Made by a program: the position numbers and the translations under genes. From contig JAHHIM010000019.1 of the NCBI GenBank assembly GCA_019358915.1, positions 1 to 64,000 on the forward strand: 64,000 nt of DNA, written 5' to 3'. Below the pieces are notes generated by a model that was not told where the DNA came from, searched no databases, and saw nothing but the letters and a program-made list of their open reading frames with translations. Shown in pieces: positions 1 through 9,736 of the stretch; the first letter of the stretch is position 1; every line of letters starts with the position of its first letter. This DNA is from Trichormus sp. ATA11-4-KO1 (GTDB taxonomy: Bacteria > Cyanobacteriota > Cyanobacteriia > Cyanobacteriales > Nostocaceae).

Positions 1-235
1 ATGTTGTAGTAGTTCGGCAATCCACTGCGAATCTTTGATGTCTGTTTTGCGTCCTGGCACCGCTTTTATCTGACGGGCATTAACTAACATAACTTCAAAG
101 TTTCCTTCTAGGATATTAAATACAGGTTGCCAGTACTCTCCAGTACTCTCCATTGCTACATGAGTACAATTGTGACTTGTTAACCAGTCAGAAAGTTTTA
201 ACAAGTCCTGCACAACGATTGTAGACTACCTGCAT
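1..235 (-). pseudogene. IS110-family transposase, N-terminal part, frameshifted (runs off the window edge)
   Basis: Manual minus-strand translation: MQVVYNRCAGL from the ATG at 235, then in another frame QDLLKLSDWLTSHNCTHVAMESTGEYWQPVFNILEGNFEVMLVNARQIKAVPGRKTDIKDSQWIAELLQH. The MESTGxYW and GRKTDxxD motifs are typical of IS110 DEDD recombinases. Confidence 0.9.
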
Positions 236-475
236 ATCTCTTGATCTACTACAACTTTCAAAATTGATCGGGGGCTATACGTGGATATCTAAATAGTAGA
301 TTCTGACTTGCGTGCTCACTAAAACCAAAAAATTGCTCAGTGGCGACAATTGGCAATTCCTCTCGATATCCAGGTTAGACTGCCCTTCAGGCTCTGATGC
401 TCTAATAAGGAAACAACCTCGCTTGTATCAGCCTTATCTTGGAAGTTACCACATTTTCATTCATGGTGATGAAAT
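236..475 (-). ncRNA. Non-coding end of the IS110 element, candidate bridge RNA region
   Basis: Lies directly upstream of the IS110 ATG. Contains complementary segments TGGATATC (282-289) / GATATCCA (365-372) enclosing a CACT/AGTG stem. Boundaries approximate. Confidence 0.5.
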
Positions 476-549
476 TTTTTCATTGGGACTGCCCTCTGCC
501 TTCCCCAAACCAAGATCACCAAAAGTTGCCAAGAACCCAGAAACGCCAG

Positions 550-765
550 CAATTAGCTATTAGTATCAAAACAACAGGACAAATTGAAACTCTACCTGGT
601 AACCAAGTAGAAGTTACTACGCCAATTTCTGGAGCCAAGGTAGTCGAGTTATTGGTGGAGCCTGAGGCGTTAGAGCACCGAGGCCAGCCCGTTGCTCCTG
701 ACGCTCAAGTGACCGCTCAAATTCAGATGACTGATGGTCAAGAAAAGACTATTCCTTTTACCTAT
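550..765 (+). pseudogene. Fragments of heavy-metal efflux cluster genes (RND periplasmic adaptor piece fused to a piece of a second protein)
   Basis: QLAISIKTTGQIETLPGNQVEVTTPISGAKVVELLVEP resembles cyanobacterial CzcB-type adaptors and stops abruptly. PDAQVTAQIQMTDGQEKTIPFTY resembles a small protein from the same type of cluster. Confidence 0.55.
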
Positions 766-874
766 GAAGATAGATTCTTGGCGATTATTATAGCCTCCGC
801 CATGTTACGCGTTAGCGGAGCTTTTGCTTTAGCAATACGCTCCACTGCGTTATGCCCATAATGACATTTCACGT

Positions 875-1624
875 CTAATTAGATGGAATTATGGCTTTAA
901 ACCGTTTATCATTACGTATTTTATCAAAGTCCGGGTCGGTTTTTGCTAATGTTTTATACTTCCCAGGAGCAAGTTGAATGGCTTTTTGTAAGTTCTCGAT
1001 TGCTAAAGCTACATTTTTTTGTAGGGCATAAGTACAGGCTTTGTTGTAATAGGTTTGATGCTTGTTAGGTTGGATGGCGATCGCCTGATTATAAGACGCT
1101 AGTGCTGCTTGGTATTTCTGCATTTTTGTCAGGACAATGCCTCGGTTAATCCAGGCTTCATGCTTGTCTGGCTTGATGGTGATCGCTTTATCATATGATT
1201 CTAATGCCGCTTCGTATTGTGCCAACGATGTTAAGACATTACCTCGGTTATACCAAGCTTCATCCTTGTCGGGTTTGAGGGCGATCGCTTTGTTGTATGA
1301 TGCTAATGCCGCTTCGTATTCTTGCAATGATATGAGAGCATTGCCACGATTAATCCAAGTTGCCGGACTCTCTGGTTTAAGAGCGATCGCTTTGTCGTAT
1401 GCTTGAATCGCATCTTGGAAGCGTTGCGTATCTAAGAAATGATTACCTTGAAGAAATAAATTTTCAGCATTTTGGCTAGCCTTTGCTTTTGTAAGTAGTT
1501 GGGCAACATTAATTTCTTGTACCACTTGCTTGGTATTTTCTGTTGATGATTTTTTCCCATCACCGCAGCCTAATGTAAAGAAAGTGATCAAGCCAAAGGC
1601 AACGAAGCAACGCCAAAAGACCAT
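875..1624 (-). CDS. Tetratricopeptide repeat lipoprotein
   Basis: About five TPR units (AWYNRGNVL...YDKAI). Hydrophobic N-terminus with LGC lipobox. Start moved to MVFWR at 1624. Confidence 0.9.
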   Translation of the reverse strand: MVFWRCFVAFGLITFFTLGCGDGKKSSTENTKQVVQEINVAQLLTKAKASQNAENLFLQGNHFLDTQRFQDAIQAYDKAIALKPESPATWINRGNALISLQEYEAALASYNKAIALKPDKDEAWYNRGNVLTSLAQYEAALESYDKAITIKPDKHEAWINRGIVLTKMQKYQAALASYNQAIAIQPNKHQTYYNKACTYALQKNVALAIENLQKAIQLAPGKYKTLAKTDPDFDKIRNDKRFKAIIPSN

Positions 1625-2096
1625 GCTGTACCCACAGATTTTATAATACAATGTTAAAACATGTTGATATTTCTTAATAGTATCAAAATACACTACTTTT
1701 TTGAATTAGTTTTATCATATTTTGATAATTAACTTTACTAATATATATATTCTTTATATTATTAAATGACAGGCATAATAACATATTAGGTATACAAAAA
1801 GCAAGTTTGTTAAAAAACGCCAACAGACTAATTTTTGCCAGCAATCTGACAAGAAGAGCATACAATTAATCTTTTTAATCTAATAGGACTTACGCCAAAA
1901 ATCCTGATATCTTGTACCTGCCCCATATCCCGCCAAGAAATAAATCTTGGCTAATAGCCCAAGCTATGCATCTGTAGAGACGTTCCATGACATTCTTTGT
2001 CAAAGATGTCTGTCCCCCTAAAACATCCCAAAGATTCAGGATTTAACATTGTTTTAGCGGCAGTTAATATAAAACAGCGTTCAACTGCATCTGCTG

Positions 2097-2338
2097 GATG
2101 AAGAGTGCTGAGTTAAAAAACTGCCCACACTTCGGCAAGGCTCAGTGACCGCAATTCGCGTTGCTTGTACCGAGTGCGAAAGTCCTTCCTTCTTCTTTTG
2201 ACTCAGCAACGCCAGGTGCTACAAGTCGGCAAAGCCGCCCAACGCACTGGCTCCACCCTGCGGTCAGCCGCAGCAGCGTCTACAGCACTCCCCTTCGACT
2301 TCGCTCAGGACAAGCGCACTCAGCACCGAGTAAGGTAA
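2097..2338 (+). repeat. Composite dispersed repeat (copy A): CAGCACT heptamers plus small palindromic units
   Basis: Long near-identical blocks shared with the reverse complement of 8346-8584. Sub-unit 2283-2326 recurs at 55021-55077. Confidence 0.9.
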
Positions 2339-2349
2339 AAATAGTAAGC

Positions 2350-3702
2350 ATGACGACTGAATCCAATTCCCCCAATCGACCAACCCCAGAACCCGTACCC
2401 GAAAACGAAGTACCGCCAGATGACTTTGACAGTAGTACAAGTGAGAATCACTTAACCCCAGAGGCATTGGCTACACAACAATCTTTAGCGGCAATTGCGT
2501 CTTTGCAATCGCCACAAAATACAACTGCCCTGCAAAAAGCCCATTCCCACATCAAGCCAGAAACTATCAATCAATTCACCGTTAAACCAAGGGCATTACT
2601 GTTTACTGTAGTAGCGATCGCCATTACTTTTATTGGAGTTATTATCAATAACTGGATCGTCGGCATCTTGGGAACAGTAGCCACGTTGGTATTATCTCTA
2701 GCAATGCTGCTGCCCTGGTGGCAATATGTGAGCCAGAAGTGGTTTACGCCCCAGGATAAAACGTTGTTTGTCGCCTTTATGGGATTAGTAGTGGCAATCA
2801 TCGGTTTATTGAAATTTACTGGTTTAGGTTACAGCTTACTGGTTTGGGGAAGGCAAATTAACTGGGAAGCTTCCGGTACCTTAGCAGAATGGTTCGGCGC
2901 TTTAGGGCAAATTCTCATCGCCATCATTGCCGTGTATGTAGCATGGCGACAATATGTTATTTCTAAAGACTTAACAATTCAACAAAACCTGCTAACAGTT
3001 CAGCAAAATATTATTACTCAACAGCAAACAATAGATTCCTATTTCCAAGGCATCTCCGACTTGGTATTAGATGAAGAAGGATTATTAGAAGATTGGCCCC
3101 AAGAACGCGCGATCGCCGAAGGACGCACGGCGGCAATTTTTAGTAGTGTCGATGGTAGTGGTAAAGCGAAAATTCTCCGCTTTCTCTCCCGTTCCAAATT
3201 ATTGACACCCCTCAAACGCGATCGCCGCTTAGGTAGAGCCATTCTCAATGGTACTGGTGGTTATGCAGAAGACCGCTTGGAAGGTGTGCGCGTTGTCGAT
3301 TTAGGCGTAATGCTAGCCGCCGCAGACCTTTCTGGTAATGATCTGCGTTGGACTGATTTGAGTGAAGCTAATCTTGTCCGCGCTAATCTCAGTGGTTGTG
3401 ACTTGGTAAAAGCCAACCTTTCTCGCACCATCTTATATGATGCCAATCTTAGTGGCGCAGATATCCAGGGGACTCGTTTCTTTTATGGTTCGGTAGCAAC
3501 AGCATCACCCCGCAGTCGCACCGCACCACCAAATTATGAAACTGGTGAATACACTGGCGCTGTTGTAGAAAATGCCGATTTCACCAATGTCCAGAGGCTA
3601 CCTGATATTACCCGTCAGTATTGCTGTGCTTGGGGTGGCGAAAAAACTCGCGCCACTATTCCCGGCGGTTGTGAAGGTATTCCTAATAAATTGGGGAGAT
3701 GA
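2350..3702 (+). CDS. Membrane-anchored pentapeptide repeat protein
   Basis: About four TM segments followed by A(D/N)L(S/x)x repeats. The ORF-track extension 2161-2349 is repeat-derived, so the start is placed at MTTES. Confidence 0.85.
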   Translation: MTTESNSPNRPTPEPVPENEVPPDDFDSSTSENHLTPEALATQQSLAAIASLQSPQNTTALQKAHSHIKPETINQFTVKPRALLFTVVAIAITFIGVIINNWIVGILGTVATLVLSLAMLLPWWQYVSQKWFTPQDKTLFVAFMGLVVAIIGLLKFTGLGYSLLVWGRQINWEASGTLAEWFGALGQILIAIIAVYVAWRQYVISKDLTIQQNLLTVQQNIITQQQTIDSYFQGISDLVLDEEGLLEDWPQERAIAEGRTAAIFSSVDGSGKAKILRFLSRSKLLTPLKRDRRLGRAILNGTGGYAEDRLEGVRVVDLGVMLAAADLSGNDLRWTDLSEANLVRANLSGCDLVKANLSRTILYDANLSGADIQGTRFFYGSVATASPRSRTAPPNYETGEYTGAVVENADFTNVQRLPDITRQYCCAWGGEKTRATIPGGCEGIPNKLGR

Positions 3703-4020
3703 GAAACTGGTGCAAAGTCTTCCCCTCTGCACCCCTGCTTCTTCACTATTCTCAAATACGGTTCAGTTAACAAGAAATACTTTCTACCTACGCAAATAAT
3801 TTCATAAATCAAACCAGATTACGGTAAATCAGCATCACAGATTGTTTGACCAATACGCTTGAGAATTTGCAAAATGTTGTACAGTTCTTTGGCAGATATA
3901 AACAGAGCAAAGACCCGTTACAAGTCATATTTTTGTGCTTCACTCAAACTGGTAATTGCTTCTGTGATTGCTTTTACCTGTGTCATTATTTAAACTTAAT
4001 TAGCTGAGTGTGCAGATGCT

Positions 4021-4785
4021 TTAATCAGGAAGCGTGAGGATTTCTACACCATCTTCTGTTACAGCTAAGGTATGCTCACATTGAGCCGAAAGCAAGCGAT
4101 CGCGGGTTACAGCCGTCCAACCGTCACTGAGAACTTCAACTTCATAAGTACCTTCGTTAATCATCGGCTCGATAGTGAAAACCATCCCTGGTCTCAGACG
4201 CTTGCCTTTACCACGTGTACCATAATGGGGAATATCTGGCGCTGTGTGGAAAATATTACTAATGCCGTGTCCCACAAAATCTCGCACCACCGAAAAACCT
4301 TGAGATTCAGCATATTCTTGAATAGCTGCGCCAATATCGCCAATTTTTGCCCCTGGTTTCACCTCTGCAATCCCCAGGCGACGGCATTCTTCGGTTACCT
4401 CCACCAGCTTTTGTGCTTTAGGGGAAGGAGTACCAACTAAAAATGTCTTGGATGTATCGCCATGATAGCCATCAACAATCAGTGTTACATCGATATTGAT
4501 GATGTCACCATCCTTGAGGATCTGCCTAGCGTTAGGAATACCATGACAGACGACTTCATTGACACTAGTACAAATTGACTTGGGATAACCTTTGTAACCA
4601 AGAGGTGCGCTTTTGGCTCCGTGAGCTTGTGTCCAACGTTCGGCTTCATCATTGAGCTGAAGAGTGGTCACACCTGACTTTACCATTGGTTCTAGGTGTT
4701 GTAAAAGTTGAGCGGCCAAGCGTCCTGCTTGACGCATTTTGTTGATTTCTCGTGTGGATAAAATAACAATCGGTTCGGTTTTCAT
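4021..4785 (-). CDS. map: Type I methionine aminopeptidase
   Basis: SVNEVVCHGIP, DGYHGDTS, GHGI, FTIEPMIN and SAQCEHT motifs. Confidence 0.97.
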   Translation of the reverse strand: MKTEPIVILSTREINKMRQAGRLAAQLLQHLEPMVKSGVTTLQLNDEAERWTQAHGAKSAPLGYKGYPKSICTSVNEVVCHGIPNARQILKDGDIINIDVTLIVDGYHGDTSKTFLVGTPSPKAQKLVEVTEECRRLGIAEVKPGAKIGDIGAAIQEYAESQGFSVVRDFVGHGISNIFHTAPDIPHYGTRGKGKRLRPGMVFTIEPMINEGTYEVEVLSDGWTAVTRDRLLSAQCEHTLAVTEDGVEILTLPD

Positions 4786-4795
4786 GAAATTTTGT

Positions 4796-5800
4796 CTAAC
4801 TATCTGTCATAAATACAGTTAACCCTGTCTGTGCGGCTGTTTGTGCAGCATCAGCAACCTTCAGGGTATACAAGCTCTCCTCTGGAGCGACGTACAAAGG
4901 AGCGCCATCAAAAAGATGATCTAAGACCATACTTGTATCTTTAGCAAACAAACCCCGACGAGTACCAACCTCTATAGGTGTTGTTTCCCCTGCTTGGATT
5001 AAAAATCCGGTGTTACCATCAAAAATTAAACCACCATTTTCGCCGTGAACTTCAAATTTGCGTTCTGGTTGCCAAATAGTTTCGCCTTTACCATAAACTA
5101 CTTGTGCTAACAATCCACTGCTAAAGCAAAGTTGACTAGTACAAAAACAGGTTTGGTAGTATTGGTGATCTGTTTCCCAATATCGCTGATGACAGTTCAC
5201 TGAAAAAACTTTACCAAATAAATCGGTAAGCCGATGTAACCGTGAAAGCGCACCAATTAAGGGAAAACCAAAAAACTCATGGTTATAAGTCCACTTGCGA
5301 GGTGCGGGATTCTGGGGATTGATAGTGCTGTAGCGAACATAAAAAAGATTGCCAACTTTGGCGAGGTTTTGCTTCAATGCTTGATGTAAACCACCCAAAA
5401 GTTCAATGTGTTCAACATGTAACAATTTATTTTGGGCTTTAGCTAAGGCGACGAGTGCTTCAGCTTCCTTAGCATCTACAGACAAGGGATACTCCACGAT
5501 CACGTGTTTTCCCTGTGAAAGTGCAGTATGTGCGATCGCCCCATGATCCCGATTAATTGTAGAAATTATTACCAAATCCACATCTTCTCGTGCTACTAAT
5601 TCTTGCCAAGAACTCAATGCTACTGTCTGATATTCCTTGGCAAAGGCTGCTGTATTTTCTGGCTGATGACCTGCGATCGCTATGAGATTTGCTCGCTCAT
5701 CATGTAATAATGCCTCCGCCCGTAGTTTTGCGGCATATCCAGTACCAATCAACCCTACGCGCATTTTTGCTGTTTCCCGAACTGCTTCTGAATTATACAT
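4796..5800 (-). CDS. bvdR: Biliverdin reductase (Gfo/Idh/MocA family)
   Basis: GTGYAA Rossmann motif, KHVIVEYP, LHVEHIELLGG and PAPRKWTY...FGFPL, as in cyanobacterial BvdR. Start uncertain (5800 or 5764). Confidence 0.8.
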   Translation of the reverse strand: MYNSEAVRETAKMRVGLIGTGYAAKLRAEALLHDERANLIAIAGHQPENTAAFAKEYQTVALSSWQELVAREDVDLVIISTINRDHGAIAHTALSQGKHVIVEYPLSVDAKEAEALVALAKAQNKLLHVEHIELLGGLHQALKQNLAKVGNLFYVRYSTINPQNPAPRKWTYNHEFFGFPLIGALSRLHRLTDLFGKVFSVNCHQRYWETDHQYYQTCFCTSQLCFSSGLLAQVVYGKGETIWQPERKFEVHGENGGLIFDGNTGFLIQAGETTPIEVGTRRGLFAKDTSMVLDHLFDGAPLYVAPEESLYTLKVADAAQTAAQTGLTVFMTDS

Positions 5801-5851
5801 GATCCTCACCAGTTCTGTTTCTCACCATCCCACGCCTCACAAACTTCATGC

Positions 5852-5934
5852 GGACTTACACCAACTTCTCATGACTTTATATCCTCTGTGGTATGCGCTA
5901 CGCGAACAGGTTGCTGTCACTTGTACGTAAGTCC
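5852..5934. mobile_element. Degenerate MITE with GGACTTACG-type terminal inverted repeats
   Basis: GGACTTACAC at 5852 and ACGTAAGTCC at 5925-5934. Same family as 40961-41050. Confidence 0.6.
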
Positions 5935-6264
5935 TGTTCATATCTAACAGCTAAAGCAACTAAAACTGTAATCAATTCCCACCGCATTCTATGTGATTTC
6001 TGCACAAATTCCCGTTGTCTTTTTAACCTATAGCTTTTACTTATCACAACGTTGCGAGACTGATAAAAGTATAAAAAAAACTTATTGTTATCAAGTAACT
6101 AAACTTCATTACTAATCGGGGTCGATTTCCAGTTACAATCTTTAATTTTTCTCGTAGTATCAGAATTGAAGCAAATTGAATTTGGCGGCTCATCCATTAA
6201 GATCAGCCGTAGCCATTGCTTTAGGATAACTTATACTGCCGTTTGCAAAAGAGAGGATTACTGA

Positions 6265-6564
6265 ATGGCTACTTACAAAGTCACATTAATCAACGATGCT
6301 GAAGGTTTAAATCAAACAATTGAATGTGATGATGATGTATATATTCTAGATGCTGCTGAAGAAGCAGGTCTTGATTTGCCCTTTTCTTGCCGTGCTGGTG
6401 CTTGCTCAACCTGTGCCGGTAAGATGAAACAAGGTACTGTTGACCAGTCTGACCAGTCATTCTTGGATGACGACCAGATTGAAGCTGGATATGTGCTTAC
6501 CTGTGTTGCTTACCCAACTTCTGACTGTACAATCGAAACCCACAAAGAAGAAGAACTCTACTAA
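6265..6564 (+). CDS. petF: Plant-type [2Fe-2S] ferredoxin I
   Basis: MATYKVTL...[10 protein letters not shown]...[15 protein letters not shown] Shine-Dalgarno upstream. Confidence 0.98.
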   Translation: MATYKVTLINDAEGLNQTIECDDDVYILDAAEEAGLDLPFSCRAGACSTCAGKMKQGTVDQSDQSFLDDDQIEAGYVLTCVAYPTSDCTIETHKEEELY

Positions 6565-6705
6565 GAGTTGAGTGCCTTAACCAAAAGTCTCTTGCAAGAG
6601 TTACTGATGTTGTAAAAATAGAAGCAGCACACTCAGGGAAAAATATCCCTATGTTTTATGTGCTTTTTCCAGCTAATTTGGCAAAAATTTGAAATTTGTT
6701 TCATT

Positions 6706-6739
6706 AAGCAGGAACACACAAAATTTAGTGTTCCTGCTT
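6706..6739. terminator. Bidirectional hairpin between convergent petF and SpoIID genes
   Basis: AAGCAGGAACAC-N10-GTGTTCCTGCTT. Confidence 0.8.
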
Positions 6740-6753
6740 TATTGTCATCAATT

Positions 6754-8343
6754 CTAGAACTTAATCTCGTTACTGAGCATTTTAATTTGAGTGCCAGGAT
6801 AATAAAATTGCAGAATTTTCGGATTTGACCAACCTAGCTTAGCTAAATTTTGAGCGCCAGTTTGACTCAAGCCGACTCCGTGTCCAAATCCACCACCAAT
6901 AAAAGCATATCCCCACAAGCTTGATTTACCTTTATTTAAAGGTTCTATGTAAAACAGCGTACTTCGAGGAGCGGCAAAGGCACTACGAACCTCGTCTTTT
7001 TCTAGAGTAAAAATGCCGATATCAGTCTTAACCGCAAGTTCGAGAATGCGTCCGCTTTTACTGCGGTTGACCACAGACATGGCCTCAATGGTATTAAATT
7101 TGGCATAGGGACTGTTTTTAATTGTCAAAAATTTTTTCAAAAGCTTGGTAATATCTTCTATGGGCGTTTCCCTATGCCAACGAAAGGTGTTCCAGGCACT
7201 TTCATTAAATCCTTGTTGCTGATTAATAAACTGCCGAAAGTTGGTTTCATCTGCTAAACTCTGCTTTGATAAGTTCCATAAGGTAGTTGGAGCATCTACA
7301 ACTGGGCGTAAATAAGGACGATCCTCACCATTCCAGACATCGCTGAAGTAAGCGGTAACGCCACCAGTAGTAGAAGAATACAGAGCATCTACTAGCTGAT
7401 TGTTATAAGTTAGCACCATACCCCTAGTGGCAGCGATCGCCTTGTCGGTACTGGGAGCTGTTCCACTCAACCCATAATAAACTTGACAGTGTGTATCAGC
7501 ACACAACTGATAATTATCAGTAGCAAACCGACGTAAATTCCTTAAAGCATAAGTCCGGGCGATAATTGCCTGGGCTTCCACTGCGGCGGCTGGCGCATTT
7601 GTGCCAATTTCGTGAGGTACAACCCCACGCAAATAGCTTTCTAGAGGTACTTCATTAACTAAAGTGTATGTACCATAAGCATTTGGCTGCAAAGTCAACC
7701 TGCCTGGGTAAAGACGGGAATTTTCTAGCTTTTCGCCTTTCTTGACTTGAATCAAATTTTTTTCTGTACTAATTTCTAAATCATTCGGGCTGTAGCGGTT
7801 ACCGTTCACTTCCCAAGTGACTCGCGGCACTTGTTGCAAAATCTTGGTGTCAATTTGTGCCATGTTTTTTCCAGCAGCTTGTACACCCTGGAAGAGCAAG
7901 CGCCGCAGTAAGGGAGTGTGGTAAACATCGCGTTTAGCCCAAACTTGCCAGCGTTCTGGTTGGGCTATTTCTACTTTGATGCCCTGAGAACGCCACTTTT
8001 CGGCACTATCTTCGGCAGTTTCAAAGGTGCGGTATGTACCTAAAACAACTACTTCTTCTACCTCAGGTTTGGGTAAAGCTTGCATGACTGTTTCCAGTTT
8101 TACGGGGTTTTGGGTAATAATGGTTTTTTGCTGGTTGCCTGCTGTGAATTTTAGCTTTAAGCGATCGCCTTTTGTGGGTTCCAGTTGCAGCTGAGCTTTG
8201 GGATTATCGCCAAATCTTTGCACAATCCCAACTCTCAGTTCTACGTCCTGATTTTTGCTCTCAAGACCTGATGCAGCTGTCAGTCCCAACAAACAAAATG
8301 GTGTCAGGACGATGTAGGAAAAACGCCAGAATGTAGATTTCAT
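6754..8343 (-). CDS. SpoIID/LytB domain protein (lytic transglycosylase/amidase enhancer)
   Basis: LESYLRGVVPHE, AQAIIARTYA, CQVY, GHGVGLSQ. Start placed at MKSTFW because the upstream ORF extension is a repeat. Confidence 0.92.
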   Translation of the reverse strand: MKSTFWRFSYIVLTPFCLLGLTAASGLESKNQDVELRVGIVQRFGDNPKAQLQLEPTKGDRLKLKFTAGNQQKTIITQNPVKLETVMQALPKPEVEEVVVLGTYRTFETAEDSAEKWRSQGIKVEIAQPERWQVWAKRDVYHTPLLRRLLFQGVQAAGKNMAQIDTKILQQVPRVTWEVNGNRYSPNDLEISTEKNLIQVKKGEKLENSRLYPGRLTLQPNAYGTYTLVNEVPLESYLRGVVPHEIGTNAPAAAVEAQAIIARTYALRNLRRFATDNYQLCADTHCQVYYGLSGTAPSTDKAIAATRGMVLTYNNQLVDALYSSTTGGVTAYFSDVWNGEDRPYLRPVVDAPTTLWNLSKQSLADETNFRQFINQQQGFNESAWNTFRWHRETPIEDITKLLKKFLTIKNSPYAKFNTIEAMSVVNRSKSGRILELAVKTDIGIFTLEKDEVRSAFAAPRSTLFYIEPLNKGKSSLWGYAFIGGGFGHGVGLSQTGAQNLAKLGWSNPKILQFYYPGTQIKMLSNEIKF

Positions 8344-8345
8344 GG

Positions 8346-8584
8346 TTACCTTACTCAGTGCTGAGTGCTGAGGAGCCAGTGCGTTGGGCGGCTTTGCCGA
8401 CTTGAAGCATCTGGCGTTGCTGAGTGCTGAGTCAGAAGAAGAATACTCAGGACTTTCGCACTCGGTACAAGCAACGCGAATTGTGGTCACTGAGCCTTGC
8501 CGAAGTGTGGGTGGAGTCTGATTACCGGGAGAAGGTTGATACCACGCGAATTGTGGGTGGTTTTTTAACTCAGCACTCTTCATC
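8346..8584 (-). repeat. Composite dispersed repeat (copy B)
   Basis: Reverse complement matches 2097-2338, with different sub-unit insertions. Confidence 0.9.
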
Positions 8585-8709
8585 TGATTTTTACCCTCTG
8601 TGCGTTGGGGCAGATTTTTCAATTGCTTTGTCGTGCGGTTGTGTTGTCGCATGATTGCTCCAATGATACCGTTACCAGTTTTGCCCCCAAAATTAGTTGC
8701 AAAACAAAC

Positions 8710-8724
8710 TCATAATGAGTATGA
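8710..8724. promoter_or_regulatory. Candidate Per/Fur-type 7-1-7 box upstream of srxA
   Basis: TCATAAT-G-AGTATGA, one mismatch from a perfect inverted repeat. Confidence 0.5.
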
Positions 8725-8767
8725 TTTATTTAGACACAGAAAACAAAACTAGTTAGATCAACTCCTG

Positions 8768-9031
8768 ATGGTGAGAGTTCAAGAAATTCCATTAAATCAA
8801 ATTAAACGGCCATTGCCCCGTGCCAACGATCCAAATAAGGTACAAGCCTTAATGGAGTCGATTGCCGCAATTGGACAGCAAGAACCCATTGAGGTTCTAG
8901 AAGTAGATGGACAGTATTTTGGCTTTTCTGGTTGCCACCGTTATGAAGCTTGCCAGCGCTTAGGTCAAGAAACCATTTTAGCCAGAGTCCGTAAAGCTCC
9001 GCGTAGTGTACTAAAGATGCACTTAGCATGA
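8768..9031 (+). CDS. srxA: Sulfiredoxin
   Basis: FGFSGCHRY signature, 87 aa. Confidence 0.95.
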   Translation: MVRVQEIPLNQIKRPLPRANDPNKVQALMESIAAIGQQEPIEVLEVDGQYFGFSGCHRYEACQRLGQETILARVRKAPRSVLKMHLA

Positions 9032-9146
9032 GTCAATAGAGGTGGGATTGACGATTTTGGATTGCCGAGCCGTAAAATGCAAAATTGATAGTCAATTAAG
9101 TTAAGCTACTGTTCCACTAAAACATATAACCAACTGGGAGAAAAAT

Positions 9147-9638
9147 ATGTCATCTCAAGCAACAGTCAAAAACATCAATATCGGTATTGACGAAATCAGT
9201 AGAGCTAAAATTGCCGAAGGGCTATCTCGCCTGTTGGCTGACACCTATACACTGTATCTAAAAACCCATAACTTTCATTGGAACGTTACAGGGCCGATGT
9301 TCCAAACCTTACACTTGATGTTTGAGACTCAGTATACAGAACTAGCCTTAGCAGTTGATTTGGTTGCCGAAAGAATCAGAGCGCTTGGCTATCCTGCACC
9401 AGGAACCTATAGCGAATATGTCAAACTGAGTTCGATTCCCGAAACACCTGGAGTTCCCAAAGCGAAGGAAATGATCAGCTTACTAGTGGAAGGACAAGAG
9501 GCCGTAGTTAGAACTGCACGGTCTATTTTCCCCGTAGTAGAGGAAGTCAACGACGAACCCACGGCTGATTTATTGACTCAAAGGATGCAAGTCCATGAAA
9601 AGACTGCTTGGATGTTGAGAAGTTTACTGGAAGAATAG
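9147..9638 (+). CDS. dps: Dps family DNA-protecting ferritin-like protein
   Basis: [28 protein letters not shown]. Confidence 0.96.
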   Translation: MSSQATVKNINIGIDEISRAKIAEGLSRLLADTYTLYLKTHNFHWNVTGPMFQTLHLMFETQYTELALAVDLVAERIRALGYPAPGTYSEYVKLSSIPETPGVPKAKEMISLLVEGQEAVVRTARSIFPVVEEVNDEPTADLLTQRMQVHEKTAWMLRSLLEE

Positions 9639-9736
9639 AACTAGGGAGTAGGGAATAGGGAGTGGGGAATAGGGTGCAGAACTTTTTCCCCTCCTCCCTG
9701 CTGCTCTCTTTTCCTCTGCTCAATGCTATAAGTTTT

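Noticed and set aside
131..150. Tandem CAGTACTCTC duplication in the IS110 fragment
   Set aside because: It simply encodes the conserved ESTGEYW motif in frame.
2161..2349. N-terminal extension of the pentapeptide protein in the ORF track (likewise 8344-8652 for SpoIID and 33811-33978 for the helicase)
   Set aside because: These extensions translate repeat or leader DNA; better starts lie downstream.
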